Below the pieces are notes generated by a model that did not search any database, had not been told where the DNA came from, and saw only the letters and a program-made list of their open reading frames with translations. A stretch of DNA of 64,000 bases from Eledone cirrhosa (taxonomy: Eukaryota), in the NCBI GenBank assembly GCA_964016885.1, contig OZ024743.1, positions 299,336,001 to 299,400,000 on the forward strand. The letters run 5' to 3'. This document shows, one piece after another, positions 44,742 through 59,567 of this stretch. Position 1 is the first letter of the stretch, and every line of letters starts with the position of its first letter. The position numbers were made by a program, and so were the translations under genes.

Positions 44742-47027
44742 ATGGAAAGGCAACAAACATACCTATTCAGGCAAAAAAGGAATATATTCTAGGTCTGATA
44801 CGAAAGACCAATGATTTTATTCGACGAATCAGATGGAAAACATTCCATTTTGACAAAAGCCGTATTAACCAAACATCGGATCTTAACAAGGATAAATTTG
44901 GATTTAAATCTTACAAAAACCCACCCTCAAACCCACTTTTGGATGCATTTGAACAAGACCTAATGGATATGATCATGGAGATCAAATTTACAAAACAGAA
45001 AAACAATAAACTACAGAATGACACCACGGCACTGCTCAATAATCTAAAAAAACGCCAATGGAATTATTGTTAGAGCAGACAAAGCATCAAACGTATATAC
45101 CATGGATGCGAACACTTAAAATAACTTCATCCGTAAGGAATTGCATAACAAATACAAGAAAACTAATGAAGCTACACTTAAAAACATCAACAACTCGGCA
45201 TGTGAAATTGTTAAAAAACTTGTATTAACGATAGAACGCAACCCTTAACACCAGCTACACCATCCTTCAACCTGAACGACCACAAGGTAAACTTCGATAC
45301 TGACCCTAAAATTAGACTTATATGCCCCTCTAAATCTGATACAGGCAAAATTAGCAAATATATACTAGACAGAATTATTCCCCAAGTTAAGGCTAAAGTA
45401 GATATTAAACTATGGGGTAACACCCATGAGGCAATAAGATGGTTTAATAGCATTACTGATAAGAAAAAATCAAAATTGATTCAGTTCGATATTGATGAGT
45501 ATTATTCATCAATTTCACCTGATACTCTGCATGAAGCTCTTTCGTTCGCTAAGGCTAATTCCGACCTTACGGATGCTGAAATTAATATTATTATGGAAGC
45601 TAGGAAAACTATTGTTAAATTTGATGATAGCTACTGGGTTCGCAAAGTTAGACCTTCTAATTTTGATATTACTATTGGTTCCAATGATTCGGCGGAAGTA
45701 ACTGATCTTGTGGGAATTTATATCACCCACAGACTACAAGGAAAATTCAAGGATCTCCACGGTGGAATCTACCGTGACGATGCGCTCATATTAGTTAAGC
45801 ATACGAATAACCAGAATTTAGAAAGGATGAGTAAAAATGTCAGAAAGCTTTTTAAGGAACTAGGATTAAATATTACATTTGAATATAACCTCAAAGAGGT
45901 TAATTTCCTTGATGTTACTTTGAATCTCAATACAAACGATTAAACCGTTCCATAAACTAAATGAGAAACTTAAATATGTAAATACAGGTTCTAACCATCC
46001 ACCGTCTATAATTAAATCCATCCCTAGAAATATTTTCCTTAGAATCTCCCGCCTGTCGTCCAACCAGCAAACCTTCAAAGAACATGCCGAATATTATGAT
46101 GATGCACTTAGAAAGGCTGGACACCTAGATAATATAGAGTATATAGTCGACGATCACCAAAACACCCAAAATAAATCTCATAGAAGTAGAAATAGCATAG
46201 AATCACCACCATACATACACTACCGCAGTAGACATACTAATAGTCGCACACCACCAAACAGAAGGCGATGTAAAGAGTATATATGGTACAACCCGGTCTA
46301 TAAAACTCTATTAAAACCAATCTACCCTCACAATTCTTTCGATTAGTTAAAAAACACTTTCCAACATCACATAAATATAATAAAATCTTAAACTCTAACA
46401 CTATTCGACTTTCATATTCAACCGCCCCTAATATTGAACAACATATAAAAAGGCTTAACGCAAAACGGTTGTATGCCTTCCAACACATAACAATACACGT
46501 AAAACATCGGCTATAAAATCACAAAACAACAAACAACATCCCGTCCTACCTACGCAACCTCATCAACCCATCCATGCCAATACAACAATGCAAAATTATA
46601 ACTGTAACTGTGTCCAACCAGGAATGTGTCCGTTGAACAATCAGAACGCAACATCATATACAAATGTACTATCGAATCGGAGAGCCAGTAGTGGGACTAT
46701 GTGGGGTCTACAGCTACCTCCTTCAAATCTCGCCTTTATAGACATCGTTACTCGATAAAACATGAAAATCAGCGTTATGTAACAACACTCGCAGACAAGG
46801 CTTGGCAGCTGCCCGAAAATAACCAACAATTTAACCTAAAATGGGATATAATAGTTTCTGCCCCTGCATATCCGCACGGACAGGAATTTTGTAAATTGTG
46901 TAATATGGAATTATTTTGCATTATAAAATCCAAAAATATTTTATTAAATAACAGAATAGAGCGATCTTTATACTGTAACCATCGCTTGAAATCTACATTT
47001 TCATATTACAAACACTACCAGGATTGA
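44742..47027 (+). pseudogene. PLE RT plus GIY-YIG polyprotein, disrupted
   Basis: NIPI...FIRRIRWK...FGFKS; IIVRADK; FDIDEYYSSIS; FDITIGSNDSAEVTDLVG; GIYRDDAL; VNFLDVTLNL; C-terminal GIY-YIG; several frameshifts and stops. Confidence 0.92.
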
Positions 47028-47775
47028 ACGCCTGTCTCCATCTCCGTTTGATTGTCAAAATACCTATTAACATTCTCTATTAGTCTTAATTCTATCAACT
47101 CTTCTATTCTTTACCATTTAATGTAAACTGCTATAGATAAAATGAGATTTCTTAATTCAATTCCTTAATGCATATACCAGCAGGCTACCAGCATTGTTAT
47201 TATTCAGTAGCAGTGAAAACTCCCTCTTCCTTAATTGACACTTTATATCTATTAATACTACTACACCAAACGACCAGCCCTGTCCATTGTTCAATTGGTC
47301 AAGTATAGATTAAAATAGGCACTCCCAAAAATTCTTATTTAGATAAAATGAACCATATAGTCATTGTATTCTCATTAGAAACCCTTTATATACTTGTTTA
47401 CCAGTAAATTGAATTGCCATCTGTCATATACTATCCCCTCTCTTCTTCCTTTCTTACAACTAATATAAATACTTCAATTTTTCTGATTTTACTAATTTAT
47501 CCAATATCTCTGAAGAAGTGACAACTGATTATACATTTGGTATCGAATACTTGCTAACATTATATGATTATGCAAGCAGCGATACATAAGTATTCCGTCT
47601 GTTACAGAAACATATGTCAATAACTAATACATTCCTTTATAAAAGTACTTTCATTTTATATTCATCTTTTCTACATTTTTTCCGGAATATAATTTATACT
47701 CGTTGAGCAAACCTACACGTACGCTGTTCATCTCTAGCGTGACGATATATTATCACTACATTATTGATAACCTGA

Positions 47776-47818
<43 letters not shown>

Positions 47819-49179
47819 ACTTTAAAACATCTAACGATAGATTATGAACATTTCTCTACAAAATATTTTGTTATTCTCGTTTTACAGAGATAACCATAAG
47901 TGGCTGCTCTGACATATTTTACTCCTAATTGCTTCTGCATAAAAACAGATAGGTAACCTTATTGGTGTGTCCTCAAAGAATATAGTAATAACCAAACGCT
48001 AATTATAAGAGATATAAACCAGAACTTAACTGAAGGCTATACATATACTTTGTTGACAAAATCATAACGGAATTTGTGTTCTGATTAACAGCCAATTAGT
48101 TTTGCAATATATAAAGCCAGCCGCATCAACTTTTTGTTTACAAAGGGAATTACAAAAAAGTTTTCCGATTAAATTTACATATGCACAGCGATGTTTATAA
48201 ATTGCAGATTTATTGATATTAGATTTTCTTACATTTTCTAATACGCCACATGTGATACGTTATCCGCCATTAACTCAGCCACTTCACCCAGAAACCCCGG
48301 TCGTGGAATGTCCGGCCGCTTCCTCTTTGCACTGGCCGCCATCGATACCTAAGGCGTACTTGGACCCAGTACTGCCAAGGTCCTCCGCAAGATCGTAACA
48401 TCAGCATTCCGCTGAGGAAGGAGACCAAACACCATCACGCGCTAGGCCAGAGCCCATCACACCCTTCTAACACCCATTCTTTTGTGGTCCTAGAGCCCTT
48501 GCATTTCCATTCATTATCCGTTTTTAAATATTTGTTGTTTTTCTAATTATTTTAAAGTCATTCGTTCATGTACTTACTTATTTTTTTAAATTGTGTATAT
48601 ATTTAGAAAACAACAGAAAACAAACAAAACAACAAAAACTATTATATTTTTACGTCAAAGGTGAATAAAATGTTTTGTATATTATACAGGCTATTGCAGT
48701 TAAGAGGTGGTTTATAGTCAGAATGATGTTTAATAATGCGTCAAATAGCTGTCAAATATCTTGTGGGAATGTCGTATGTTTTTCTGTGTATCAAGAGAAT
48801 AAAATTATTGTCATTATCCTATCAACGAAGTATGTATTATAATTCAAATGGAGTGATTATCACTTCAAAGGTTTGTTCATTTCCGTATCAATTTTAGTAC
48901 CCAGCCCTGATACCATGGCAAGTCAAATCTAATTAGTTTTCTTTTCAGTATTGGGAATACATTTTAGAGCTCCAATTCAGATTCTTCACACTCTTCTAAT
49001 ATAATTCAATTAACATGTGAACAGCTCATAGAGTCAACTCTTAAGCAAATCTAAATACTTGATTGCTATTTTATTATTATCGAACTGAAAAGATGCAAGC
49101 TAAAGTTGATCTCGATGGGATAGGAAGTCAGAACGTAAAACACCGTGAATGAATACGGCATTTTGTTATATACTCCTAT

Positions 49180-49560
49180 ATCGTCGGATCGGGCAGATTG
49201 CCTGAGTCATCTCCACTCTCCCTCTACAAATGACCCACTCTTCCATCGCCTTTTCAGGTCTTCAATTGTCAAACCAACTGTTGGTCGATATATGTCATCC
49301 AAGGACACCCGGCATGAGAGTATCCATGCGTTGGCATCAACAGAAGCAGACTGTTAACAAGCTTTCTTTGCTTCCGTACCAGTGCCCAGCATATCCTATA
49401 CTTCTTTCACTAATTAAGCTCGTATACGAGGGATCTATTCATACAGTTCTTTTTTCGAGGAATGCTGCTTCCAGGATCTGGTTAGAAATACGTGTAACAT
49501 TCGGGTGTATGTTTCATCAAGCTTGTTCCGTAATTTTTCTATGGTTGTCCACATGCTCTA
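49180..49560 (-). mobile_element. Decayed RTE-like LINE 3' fragment
   Basis: Resembles RTE 3' ends (cactcttccatcg..., tgccagca..cct..tc.tttc, gctgcttccaggat); by-eye only. Confidence 0.4.
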
Positions 49561-49651
49561 AAGATTGTGGTAATTCAAGTTTAGTCTAAATTCCACCACT
49601 CTATATATTAGATAGTTAGTTAGATGTAGCAGCGACAGCAGCAGCAGCAAC

Positions 49652-49703
<52 letters not shown>

Positions 49704-49944
49704 CACTCCCCCCACAAACACACGTACCCCCCACATATATATATATATACATACATATATTCGTGGATCGGGCGATGCGTTATGTCCTTGAGCAAGACAT
49801 TATTTCCGTTGCTCCTTCTGCTTGGAGTTGTGACCGATAGATAGTATTAGCAATTAGGAAAGACCAATGGAAACATTGTTTCCTCGGTCAGATTTGACGA
49901 AAGTCGATCGAATGTCGATATATATATATATTTATATATATATA

Positions 49945-50017
<73 letters not shown>

Positions 50018-50104
50018 GTAGGAGGTGAGTTTTATTGTAGCACAATAAAGCAATGCAGATATCGGATAGGTAGCACTCAACAGTTTATAGGACTGGAGTA
50101 TAAA

Positions 50105-50371
50105 TAATATAAGATCAAAAGATGGTTAAAAGAGTTCCATGTATTTCATTTTGCGCATTTCAAAAATAAATATCATCATGGGATGCTATTTGCGTTCTTA
50201 TCAGATAAAATATGTTGATTTAACACTTCACTGCTCGCAAGTGTTTTTTAAGCTTTATATCATGTCTCCCTATTTTATCTGATGAGAACGCAAACATCAT
50301 CCCATGATGATATCTGTTTTTGAAATGTGCATAATAAATGGAACTCGTTTAACCATCTTTTGATCTTATAT

Positions 50372-50375
<4 letters not shown>
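50105..50375. mobile_element. Fold-back pLTR fragment; HHR at 50274-50338 (+)
   Basis: tttat-CTGATGA-gaac...gttttt-GAAA-tgtgca-TA-ataaa; inverted arm 50105-50213. Confidence 0.6.
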
Positions 50376-50447
<72 letters not shown>

Positions 50448-50459
50448 TTGCAAGGTTTT

Positions 50460-52117
50460 TAATATGAAATCGTCATAGCTGGTGATGTTGCCAATCTATT
50501 TATTGTATAGTGGGGAAGGAGATTCAAAGATCTCCATGAAGAGAGCTTCATAGACCTCGACATGTACTCTCGTTACGTAGACGATATTACTAATGAACAT
50601 GATTTAGAATATTGCACAATGGAAAAAATCCAGCAGATAGCTAACTCCATACACCAGAGTATAACTGTAACTGTTGACTACCCTTCCAAACACCCTAACA
50701 ATAAACTACCTGTATTAGACACGGAGCTCTGGATTAACACTATAGATGAGAGGGCCCAAATTCTCCACTCACACTATGCTAAACCCATGGCCTCCAACTA
50801 CCTGATATTCAAAAACTCAGCAATGTCCAATAGTGCTAAGTTTAATATTCTGATCGCAGACTTGGTACGAGTGATGAAGAACGTGTCCCGCATGTACGAC
50901 CCAACAGAAATGGAAAGACACATCCAACACTTCATCAACCGCATGCAGTTCTCTGGCTATAACCAACGAGACATAATCAGAGTATACAAAGGAACCACGG
51001 AGAAGTATAAGACCCTCATAGAAATGGACATGAAAGGAATTTGCCCATTATACAGGAGCAAATCATTGAATAGGACTAAACATGAAATAGGCAAAGCCAC
51101 TTGATGGTACGACATCCAGAGATACCAGAGTGGATGCTACCCCAGTGGGGAAACTAGCTAACCAATGTAGAAAGGCCCTAAGAAAGACCCACTTAAAGAT
51201 TAAAGTGGTAGAAAAGCCAGGAACTACCATAAAATCATCCCTCATCAGCAAAACATAGCCCTTTAAGAAAACCCACTGTACTAATAATAAATGCGTTATA
51301 TGTAAAGTGAACTCCCAGATAAACTGTAAAACTAGAAATGTAGTCTATAGCATAACATGTACAGAGGATACTTGCAGAAACTACATACATAGGTGAGACA
51401 GCTCGAAGCATAGGAGAAAGAATAGACCAACACAGTTCAGTGCTATACGAACACGTCAGACAAAAAACATGACGGTAATATAGACAACATAGAAATTACA
51501 ATAATATCTAAACAAAGAAATGACCCAACAGGTAGGCAAATCAGAGAAGCAAGTGAAATAGGGCTTACCAAACCAAAGTTAAACAGAAAACACGAATAGA
51601 ATAACAACAACAACCATACCCAAACAAACAATACTGACTTAAGGGTAATATAAATAAATAAATAAATAAATATATACACATGTACACATATAAACACGCA
51701 CTAGTAAACAGAGATAGAATACAAAAACAAAAAGACATACACTCAAACGCGAACACACACACCAAACATTATACACGCACCCAAACGCATGCGCAGAGAC
51801 GGAGACAAAATAAATAAATAAATAAATAAATATAATAAAAATGGCATAAACATTACAATACAATACAATAGGAGGAAACATGATAATAGTACCATTGATG
51901 ATGTTGCCGATGTGCAACGAAAGAACTTTGTTAGACTATATATATGTGTTTATATCTGTATTTTTAACCGTTGGTCAATCAATGATGAACATTAATTGCA
52001 AAATAAATTAACTATGGAGATATAAATGATACAGAAGCGAAAACCAATCAAACAGTGAGTGTGTTCTGTTATTATTTCTGGCAATATTATTACAACAATA
52101 TGACCCTCCCCAAGTAT

Positions 52118-52122
<5 letters not shown>
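50460..52122 (+). mobile_element. 5'-truncated PLE, second clade (RT C-terminus, decayed GIY-YIG, pLTR)
   Basis: MYSRYVDDI...LPVLDTELW...HYAKPMAS; CKTRNVVYSITC...YIGETARS; degenerate HHR at 51891-51932; terminus atgaccctccccaagtataac then (TA)n. Confidence 0.88.
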
Positions 52123-52211
<89 letters not shown>

Positions 52212-52858
52212 GTATATATATAAATATATATATATATATATAAAGAATGAATAATAACAGGTAGACATCATAAAAAGGTAATTTATTCCGTGTGCTTACA
52301 AATGTTTCCACGGTGGTAATACAGCCTAGTTATGCAATGTGCAAATTTACAACTATTTGCAGAACTCAAATATCAAATGCTGTGACCACTGTATCATCAG
52401 AGCAGAATGATTAAAATGTACAATGTAGTGAACACGCTGAATACTATAATAATGCATTAAGGAATGCCGACCGCCGGGATACAATGGAATACATTGATAA
52501 GAATCTCCATAACACACATAGCTCTACACGAAATCAAGGAAGACGTAACCGGGGGACTAAAATACAAGCGCACACACACAGTACCACCAGACATACTAAT
52601 AGTAGAAAATCACCACCAAATAAATCACGTTGTAGAAAGTATATCTGGTATAATCCTATTTGTAATGCCTCGATTAGTACAAAACTATGTCTTTCATTCT
52701 TTAAGTTAATCAACAAGCATTTCCCAAGTTCCCATAAATAGAGTAAAATTCTGAACTCTAAAACTATTAGACTATCATACTCCGCGGCACCAAACCTTGA
52801 AGCATACATAAAAAAACTTAACTTAAAGCAATTAAACAACACTACAAAACAAAATATT

Positions 52859-53401
52859 TTGGTAACAGATGGGCAGAACGTAATATCTGCCTCCCAACCA
52901 CAAAATAGGAGACGGGTATTACACAACCTACCTGTATTGCTATCACAACCTATCCATGGTATACCCGCTACCCACAACAAAAAATGTAACTGCCATCTAC
53001 CTGAAAGATGTCCATTGAAGAATGAATGCCTAAAGTCCAACATTGTTTACCAATGCACGGTTGAATCGAACGACCAGAAATGGTATTACATCGGATCTAC
53101 CACCACCTCGTTTAAATCTCGCTGGTACCGTCATCGATTCTCAATCAAACATCCTGATCACCGTTTTGTGACCACGCTCGCCAACAAGACTTGGCAACTC
53201 CGTGAACGCAACCAACAGTTCACCTTAACATGGAATATACTTTTCAGCGCAAGTGCATATTGGAGTGGATTGACGTACTGTAACCTTGAACTCTTTTACA
53301 TATTAAAATCCAAAAATAAACTACTTAACGATAGAATCGAACGATCATTATACTGCAACCACAAACTAAAAGCTAAATTCTCTCACTATAAAATAACTTA
53401 A
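52859..53401 (+). pseudogene. PLE GIY-YIG endonuclease domain
   Basis: NIVY...YYIGS motif and catalytic R in FKSRWYRH. Confidence 0.85.
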
Positions 53402-53893
53402 CATTCGAACCCGTAACTATAACATCGCTTTCTAGCTAACCAGCTTCTCTTCCCTCACACTACAAGACAATATCCTGCTTATCACTATAAATGGTAACTC
53501 TGCAATTCGCAGATTACTACTACGAACCCAAAGTTCACCCACCCCATAGACTTCGTCTGTCCTCTCTCTATCTCTCCCTCTATATCCATTCCACTCTCTC
53601 TCTCTCGCCTTTGGCCTACCTCCCCCCTCTCCACATCTATGAACCTGCCCTCTGGGGCAATAAATAATTCCAACCTTGACTATCAACGCATCTCTCTAAA
53701 AGTAACCAGTATAATAAAACCCCTACCTTAACGTTTTGATTAAGATATCTACAAACCACTCTCTCCTATTTCTCCAAACCCTGCATATCTTTCTCTCTCT
53801 CTCCCTCTCCCCTACTTTTCTCTCTTCCTTTTCTACTCTATCTTCTCCAATAACCTCACTTAAGGGTATTTACATTGTATATTTTAATCATTC

Positions 53894-54005
53894 TGCTCTG
53901 ATGATACAGTGGTCACAGCATTTGATATTTGAGTTCTGCAAATAGTTGTAAATTTGGACATAGCATAACTAGGCCGTATTACCACCGTGGAAACATTTGT
54001 AAGCA
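53894..54005 (+). ncRNA. pLTR hammerhead, canonical core, long stem II (inverted copy 52293-52404 -)
   Basis: tgct-CTGATGA-tacagtggt...accaccgtg-GAAAC-attt-GTA-agca. Confidence 0.7.
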
Positions 54006-54197
54006 CACGGAATAAATTACCTTTTTATGATGTCTACCTGTTAATATTCATTCTTTATCTACACTCCGGAATACAGAAGAATCAGGAACTAAGTTTCCAC
54101 AACAATTTTTCCATAACTCGTTGAGTAACCTCTCACCGTACGTCAACCATATCCAGTGTAGTAATTAACCATTACTACATCTAGGATAATCCTATAC

Positions 54198-54285
<88 letters not shown>

Positions 54286-54286
<1 letters not shown>

Positions 54287-54848
54287 TTATACTTTGGGAG
54301 GGTCATGTTGCCAATAAGAAACACACGCACCAGTTGCTTTCACTTCAATTTATTATATATTTATAAATTTACAAATCCATAAATTTATAAATTTCTGGTT
54401 GGTTGGTTGGTTCCACAACCAGATAGTTGTTTATATATAGTCATAGTCCTTTTGTCACACACTCTGTGACCTCTTCAGTGACTGGTAATAACATGTAAAT
54501 AAATAAATAAATAAACAAATAGATAAATGAACATAAACACACACAGACACCCGGATGTGGCGCATGCGCAAACTGAGCACACAACACACACACAGAAACA
54601 AAATGGCGTAGAACAGAACAAAGGAGAGGCACAGAACAAAGAAAGGAATCCCCAGTCACTGAAGAGGTCACAGAGTGTGTGACGAAAGGACTATGACTAT
54701 ATATAAACAACTATCTGGTTGTGGAAGCAACCAACCAACCAGAAATTTATAAATGTATGGATTTGTAAATTTATAAATATATAATAAATTGAAGTGAAAG
54801 CAACTGGTGCGTGTGTTTCTTATTGGCAACATGACCCTCCCAAAGTAT

Positions 54849-54853
<5 letters not shown>
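54286..54853. mobile_element. Tails-out inverted pLTR pair of the second PLE clade; HHR 54654-54698 (+)
   Basis: agtca-CTGAAGA-ggtcaca..tgtgac-GAAA-ggac-TA-tgact; both ends are the gaccctcccaaagtataac terminus. Confidence 0.8.
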
Positions 54854-54909
<56 letters not shown>

Positions 54910-54913
<4 letters not shown>

Positions 54914-55135
54914 TATGTATACGTACATACATATATGTATACAGACGTACAGTAGCATGTATATATATATATATATACATACATGCACACATATATATAT
55001 ATATGTACGTATGGATTCACCGACCATTTATTATAATGCTCGGTGTGTTTGTAAACAAACATCCCGAATTAAGCCGTACAGTGTCTAGCAACCATCGTTG
55101 CTCATTTGTTCTACACTGACAAAGGAACGCTGTGA
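54910..55135 (-). mobile_element. Family B fragment, fused to a second-clade pLTR end (55135-55305)
   Basis: Reverse complement of 37094-37285. Confidence 0.7.
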
Positions 55136-55327
55136 CGTAAGAAACTTGACACTATATGAACAATCATCTGATTATGGAACCAACCAACCAACCGGAAATT
55201 TATAAATTTTTTAATTTATAATTTAATTTATAATAAATTGGAGTGAATGCATGTGGTGCGTGTATTTCTTATTGGTTGGCAACATGACCCTCCCAAAGTA
55301 TAACAATATATATATATATATATATAT

Positions 55328-55985
55328 AAACATGAGAAGAAAGAAGAATACTGCGTGGTTTGCACATGGGTTACATATGATAAAAATAGTCCTTCGTCAG
55401 TGATTTTCCAACCCTCATTGGTATTTCATCGCATTAAAAATCAGATACCTTAGGTTGGTGCGCGCAATAATCTAAAAAAAGTTATTGGGACCAGTAATCG
55501 CGTAAAGCGATGGGGACAAGTGAACAACATAGAAGGATAAAAACAAACCAAAGAAAGGAAATAAATAAGCAACATAGTAGTCCTGGTCATCATAAGCTGG
55601 GTGGATTTCCTGAGCGAAAAGTATAGACGTCCGACCTGAGTGAGCTGTAAGCAAGAAGAGAGGCCCACTGTTAGCCAAACGGGAGGAGGTGAGAAGGGGA
55701 GAAACAGAGAGTGAGTGAGTGGAAGTGCAAGGAAGCGGTCGGTCGAGAGAAAGTGTAACTTACAGAGGGGGCGAAAGAAGGTGAGAGAAACAGGGAGAGC
55801 AGGGAAGCAGTAAGGGAGAAACAGACAAACGCAGCCGAGGTAAATATATATAAAAAAACATGAGAAGAAAGAAGTATACTGCGTGGTTTGCACATGGGTT
55901 ACATATGATAAAAATAGTCCTTCGTCAGTGATTTTCCAACCATCATTGGTATTTCATCGCCTTAAAAATCAGATACATCAGGTTG
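55328..55985. mobile_element. (TA)n-flanked element with ~125-bp terminal direct repeats
   Basis: aaacatgagaagaaagaag...aaaatcagatac at 55328-55450 and 55856-55978. Confidence 0.7.
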
Positions 55986-56062
<77 letters not shown>

Positions 56063-56207
56063 CTGTGTGTGTGTGTGTGCATATATATATATATATGTAT
56101 GTATCTATAATATAATATAATATGATATAATATTATTTATGTTCATACACGGTACACGATTACTCCCCAAGGTTTGAAGACCAAATGTTGCCCATAGTTT
56201 CAGGTGG

Positions 56208-56305
<98 letters not shown>

Positions 56306-56360
56306 TTTCTGAATTTGTTTAGCAAGATTCTTAATCTGAAAACGTGTGTTGAAATCGATA

Positions 56361-59236
56361 TTGTTATACTTTGGGAGGGTCATGTTGCCAATAAGAAACA
56401 CACGCACCCCATGATTCAGTTCAATTTATTATAATAAATTTATAAATTTAGGAATTTATAAATTTCTGGTTGGTTAATTGGTTCCACAACCAGATAGTTG
56501 TTTATATATTGTCAAAGTTCTTTCGTCACACATTATGTGACCTCTTCAGTGACTGGGGATTCTTTTCTTTGTTTTTGTGCCTCTCCTTTGTTCTGTCCTA
56601 CGCCATTTTGTTTCTGTGTGTGTGTTGTGTGCTCAGTCTGCGCATGCGCCACATCCGGGTGTCTGTGTGTGTTTATATTCGTTTATTTATTTGTTTATTT
56701 ACATGTTACCGGTTGGTTGTTTGTTCTATGTGCGTGTGAGTTTTCATTTTGTCCTTAATTGTAAGCTGTTGTTGCAGTTCTACTCATATTTTCTATTTAA
56801 TTTTGCTTGTAATTCTTTTATGTTTATTGCCTCTGTGATTTGTCTAAACATTGCGTCTTTTCTGTGTGTAGATTCTATTTTTATTTCTATGTTCTCTAAT
56901 TTACCCTTATGTTCTATTTTAGCATGTTGGTAGAGTACAGATGATTCTTTACTATCTTGAAGGTCTCGCCAGTGTTCATTTATCCGTTCCCCTACACTAC
57001 GAGCTGTCTCACCTATGTACACTATATTTTTGTCTCTACATTGTCCTTCAATACATCTTATGCTATATACTACATTTCTAGTTTTACAGTTAATATGGGG
57101 GCTTATTTTACTGGTTATACATTTCTTATCTATACAGGGGGGGTCTTTGAAAAGGGTGTGTCTTGCTAATAAGTGTTTTTGCGGAGGTAGCTGGTCTTTC
57201 TACTATCTTAATATTGAGTTTATGTTTATCTAGGGCCCTTCTAAATTTGTAAGCTAATTCACCTCTAGTGGTTGTATCGATGAACATTACACTCTGGTAT
57301 TTATTGCTATCATACCATGAGTTTATTCTATTAGCCTTATTCCTAGTTCTTTCTATTCTATTCCCAAATTTGCTCCTATACAAGGGGCAGGTCCCATTTG
57401 TGTCATTATTTACCATTTTTTCCCATTTGGTTCTGGCTCCTCTATACACTCTTATTTTATCTCTCTGATTGTAACCAGAGGAATGCATACGGTGGATGAA
57501 GTGTTGTATGTGTCTCTCTAGTTCTTCGAGGTTGCACATGTGGGACACGTTTCTTATCACCCGTACCAAATCCGCAATCAGTATGTTGATTTTGGTATGG
57601 TCCGAAACAGCTGAGTTTCGGTGGATCAGATGTTTGGAAGTCATGGGTTTGGCATAATGGGAATGGAGGATTTGTTTTTTGTTATTAATGGTATCTAACC
57701 AGAACTCTGTGTCTAGTACAGGTAATCGATGGTTGGAGTGTTTACTTGGGTAGTCTATAGTAACTCTAATACTCTGGTGGATGGAGTTAGCATACAACAA
57801 ATAGCTAACTCCATCAACCAGAGTATTAGAGTTACTATAGACTACCCAAGTAAACACTCCAACCATCGATTACCTGTACTAGACACAGAGTTCTGGTGAG
57901 ATACCATTAATAACAAAACACAAATCCTCCATTCCCATTATGCCAAACCCATGACTTCCAAACATCTGATCCACCGAAACTCAGCTGTTTCGGACCATAC
58001 CAAAATCAACATACTGATTGCGGATTTGGTACGGGTGATGAGAAACGTGTCCCGCATGTGCAACCCCAAAGAACTAGAGAGACACATACAACACTTCATC
58101 CACCGTATGTATTCCTCTGGTTACAATCAGAGAGATAAAATCAGAGTGTATAGAGGAGCCAGAACCAAATGGGAAAAAATGGTAAATAATGACACAAATG
58201 GGACCTGCCCCTTGTATAGGAGCAAATTTTGGAATAGAATAGAAAGAACTAGGAATAAGGCTAATAGAATAAACTCATAGTATGATAGCAATAAATACCA
58301 GAGTGTAATGTTCATCGATTCAAAACCTAGAGGTGAATTAGCTTACAAATTTAGAAGTGCCCTAGATAAATATAAACTCAATATTAAGATAGTAGAAAGA
58401 CCAGGTACCTCCGTAAAAACACTTATTAGCAAGACATACCCTTTTCAAAGACCCCCCTGTATAGATAAGAAATGTATAACCTGTAAAATAAGCCCCCATA
58501 TTAACTGTAAAACTAGAAATGTAATATATAGCATAAGATGTAATGAAGGACAATGTAGAGACAAAAATATAGTGTACATAGGTGAGACAGCTCGTAGTGT
58601 AGGGGAACGGATAAATGAACACTGGCGAGTCCTTCAAGATAGTAAAGAATCATCTGTACTCTACCAACATGCTAAAATAGAACATAAGGGTAAATTAGAG
58701 AACATAGAAATAAAAATAGAATCTACACACAGAAAAGATGCAATGTTTAGACAAATCACAGAGGCAATAAACATAAAAGAATTACAACCAAAATTAAATA
58801 GAAAATATGAGTGGAACAGCAACATCACAACTTACAATTAAGGACAAAATGAAAACACACACGCACATAGAACAAACAACCAACCGGTAACATGTAAATA
58901 AACAAATAAATAAACGAATATAAACACACACAGACACCCGGATGTGGCGCATGCGCAGACTGAGCATACAACACACACACAGAAACAAAATGGCGTAGGA
59001 CAGAACAAAGGAGAAGCAAAAAAACAAAGAAAAGAATCTCCAGTCACTGAAGAGGTCACAGAATGTGTGACGAAAGAACTTTAACAATATATAAACAACT
59101 ATCTGGTTGTGGAACCAATTAACCAACCAGAAATTTATAAATTCCTAAATTTATAAATTTATTATAATAAATTGAAGTGAAATCAACGGGTGCGTGTGTT
59201 TCTTATTGGCAACATGACCCTCCCAAAGTATAACAA
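56361..59236. mobile_element. 2.9-kb palindrome of two 5'-truncated PLE copies (second clade), tails outward
   Basis: 56361-57791 is the reverse complement of ~57803-59236; GIY-YIG NVIYSIRC...VYIGETARSVGERINEH (58308-58841 +, 56780-57022 -); HHR-like motifs at 56511-56553(-) and 59042-59086(+). Confidence 0.92.
58308..58841 (+). pseudogene. PLE GIY-YIG endonuclease with upstream Cys cluster
   Basis: CIDKKCITCK...CKTRNVIYSIRC...YIGETARSVGERINEH...EAINI...LNRKYE. Confidence 0.88.
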
Positions 59237-59567
59237 TATATATATACAGCAATGTGTTCGTTTAAACATAACTGTATACATACAAGTCTGCGTATTTTGT
59301 ATATCAGCGATATACGGTTTGTTTGCGAATAAACATTTTGACAGCCTTCAACTATGAATTTGGAAAATGATGAGGTATCGGCATCTGGCGGCTTCTGCCA
59401 GAAGCTAAGGGTGGGTAACTAGGAAGATTGTTTTTACCTCTGGTCGTTATTATGTTAGTGCTCCCTTACTTACTCTCCTCTCCGTGGAACTCAATATAGG
59501 CGAAATCATATACTGTCGCCATATACGTACGTGGGCTGATTAGACTCATTTGCATATAGGTATAGGT

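Larger units (their letters stand above)
52243..54201 (+). mobile_element. 5'-truncated Naiad-like PLE with inverted pLTR stub
   Basis: 52243-52425 is the reverse complement of ~53870-54058; YIWYNP; CNCHLPERCPLKNEC; NIVYQC...YYIGST...FKSRWYRH; (TA)n flanks. Confidence 0.9.

Noticed and set aside
48240-48500. GC-richer island
   Set aside because: No recognisable protein or RNA motif; probably an unclassified retroelement remnant
57126-57866. 246-aa ORF with a novel N-terminus
   Set aside because: Reads through the palindrome centre; the first ~25 residues are antisense of the other arm
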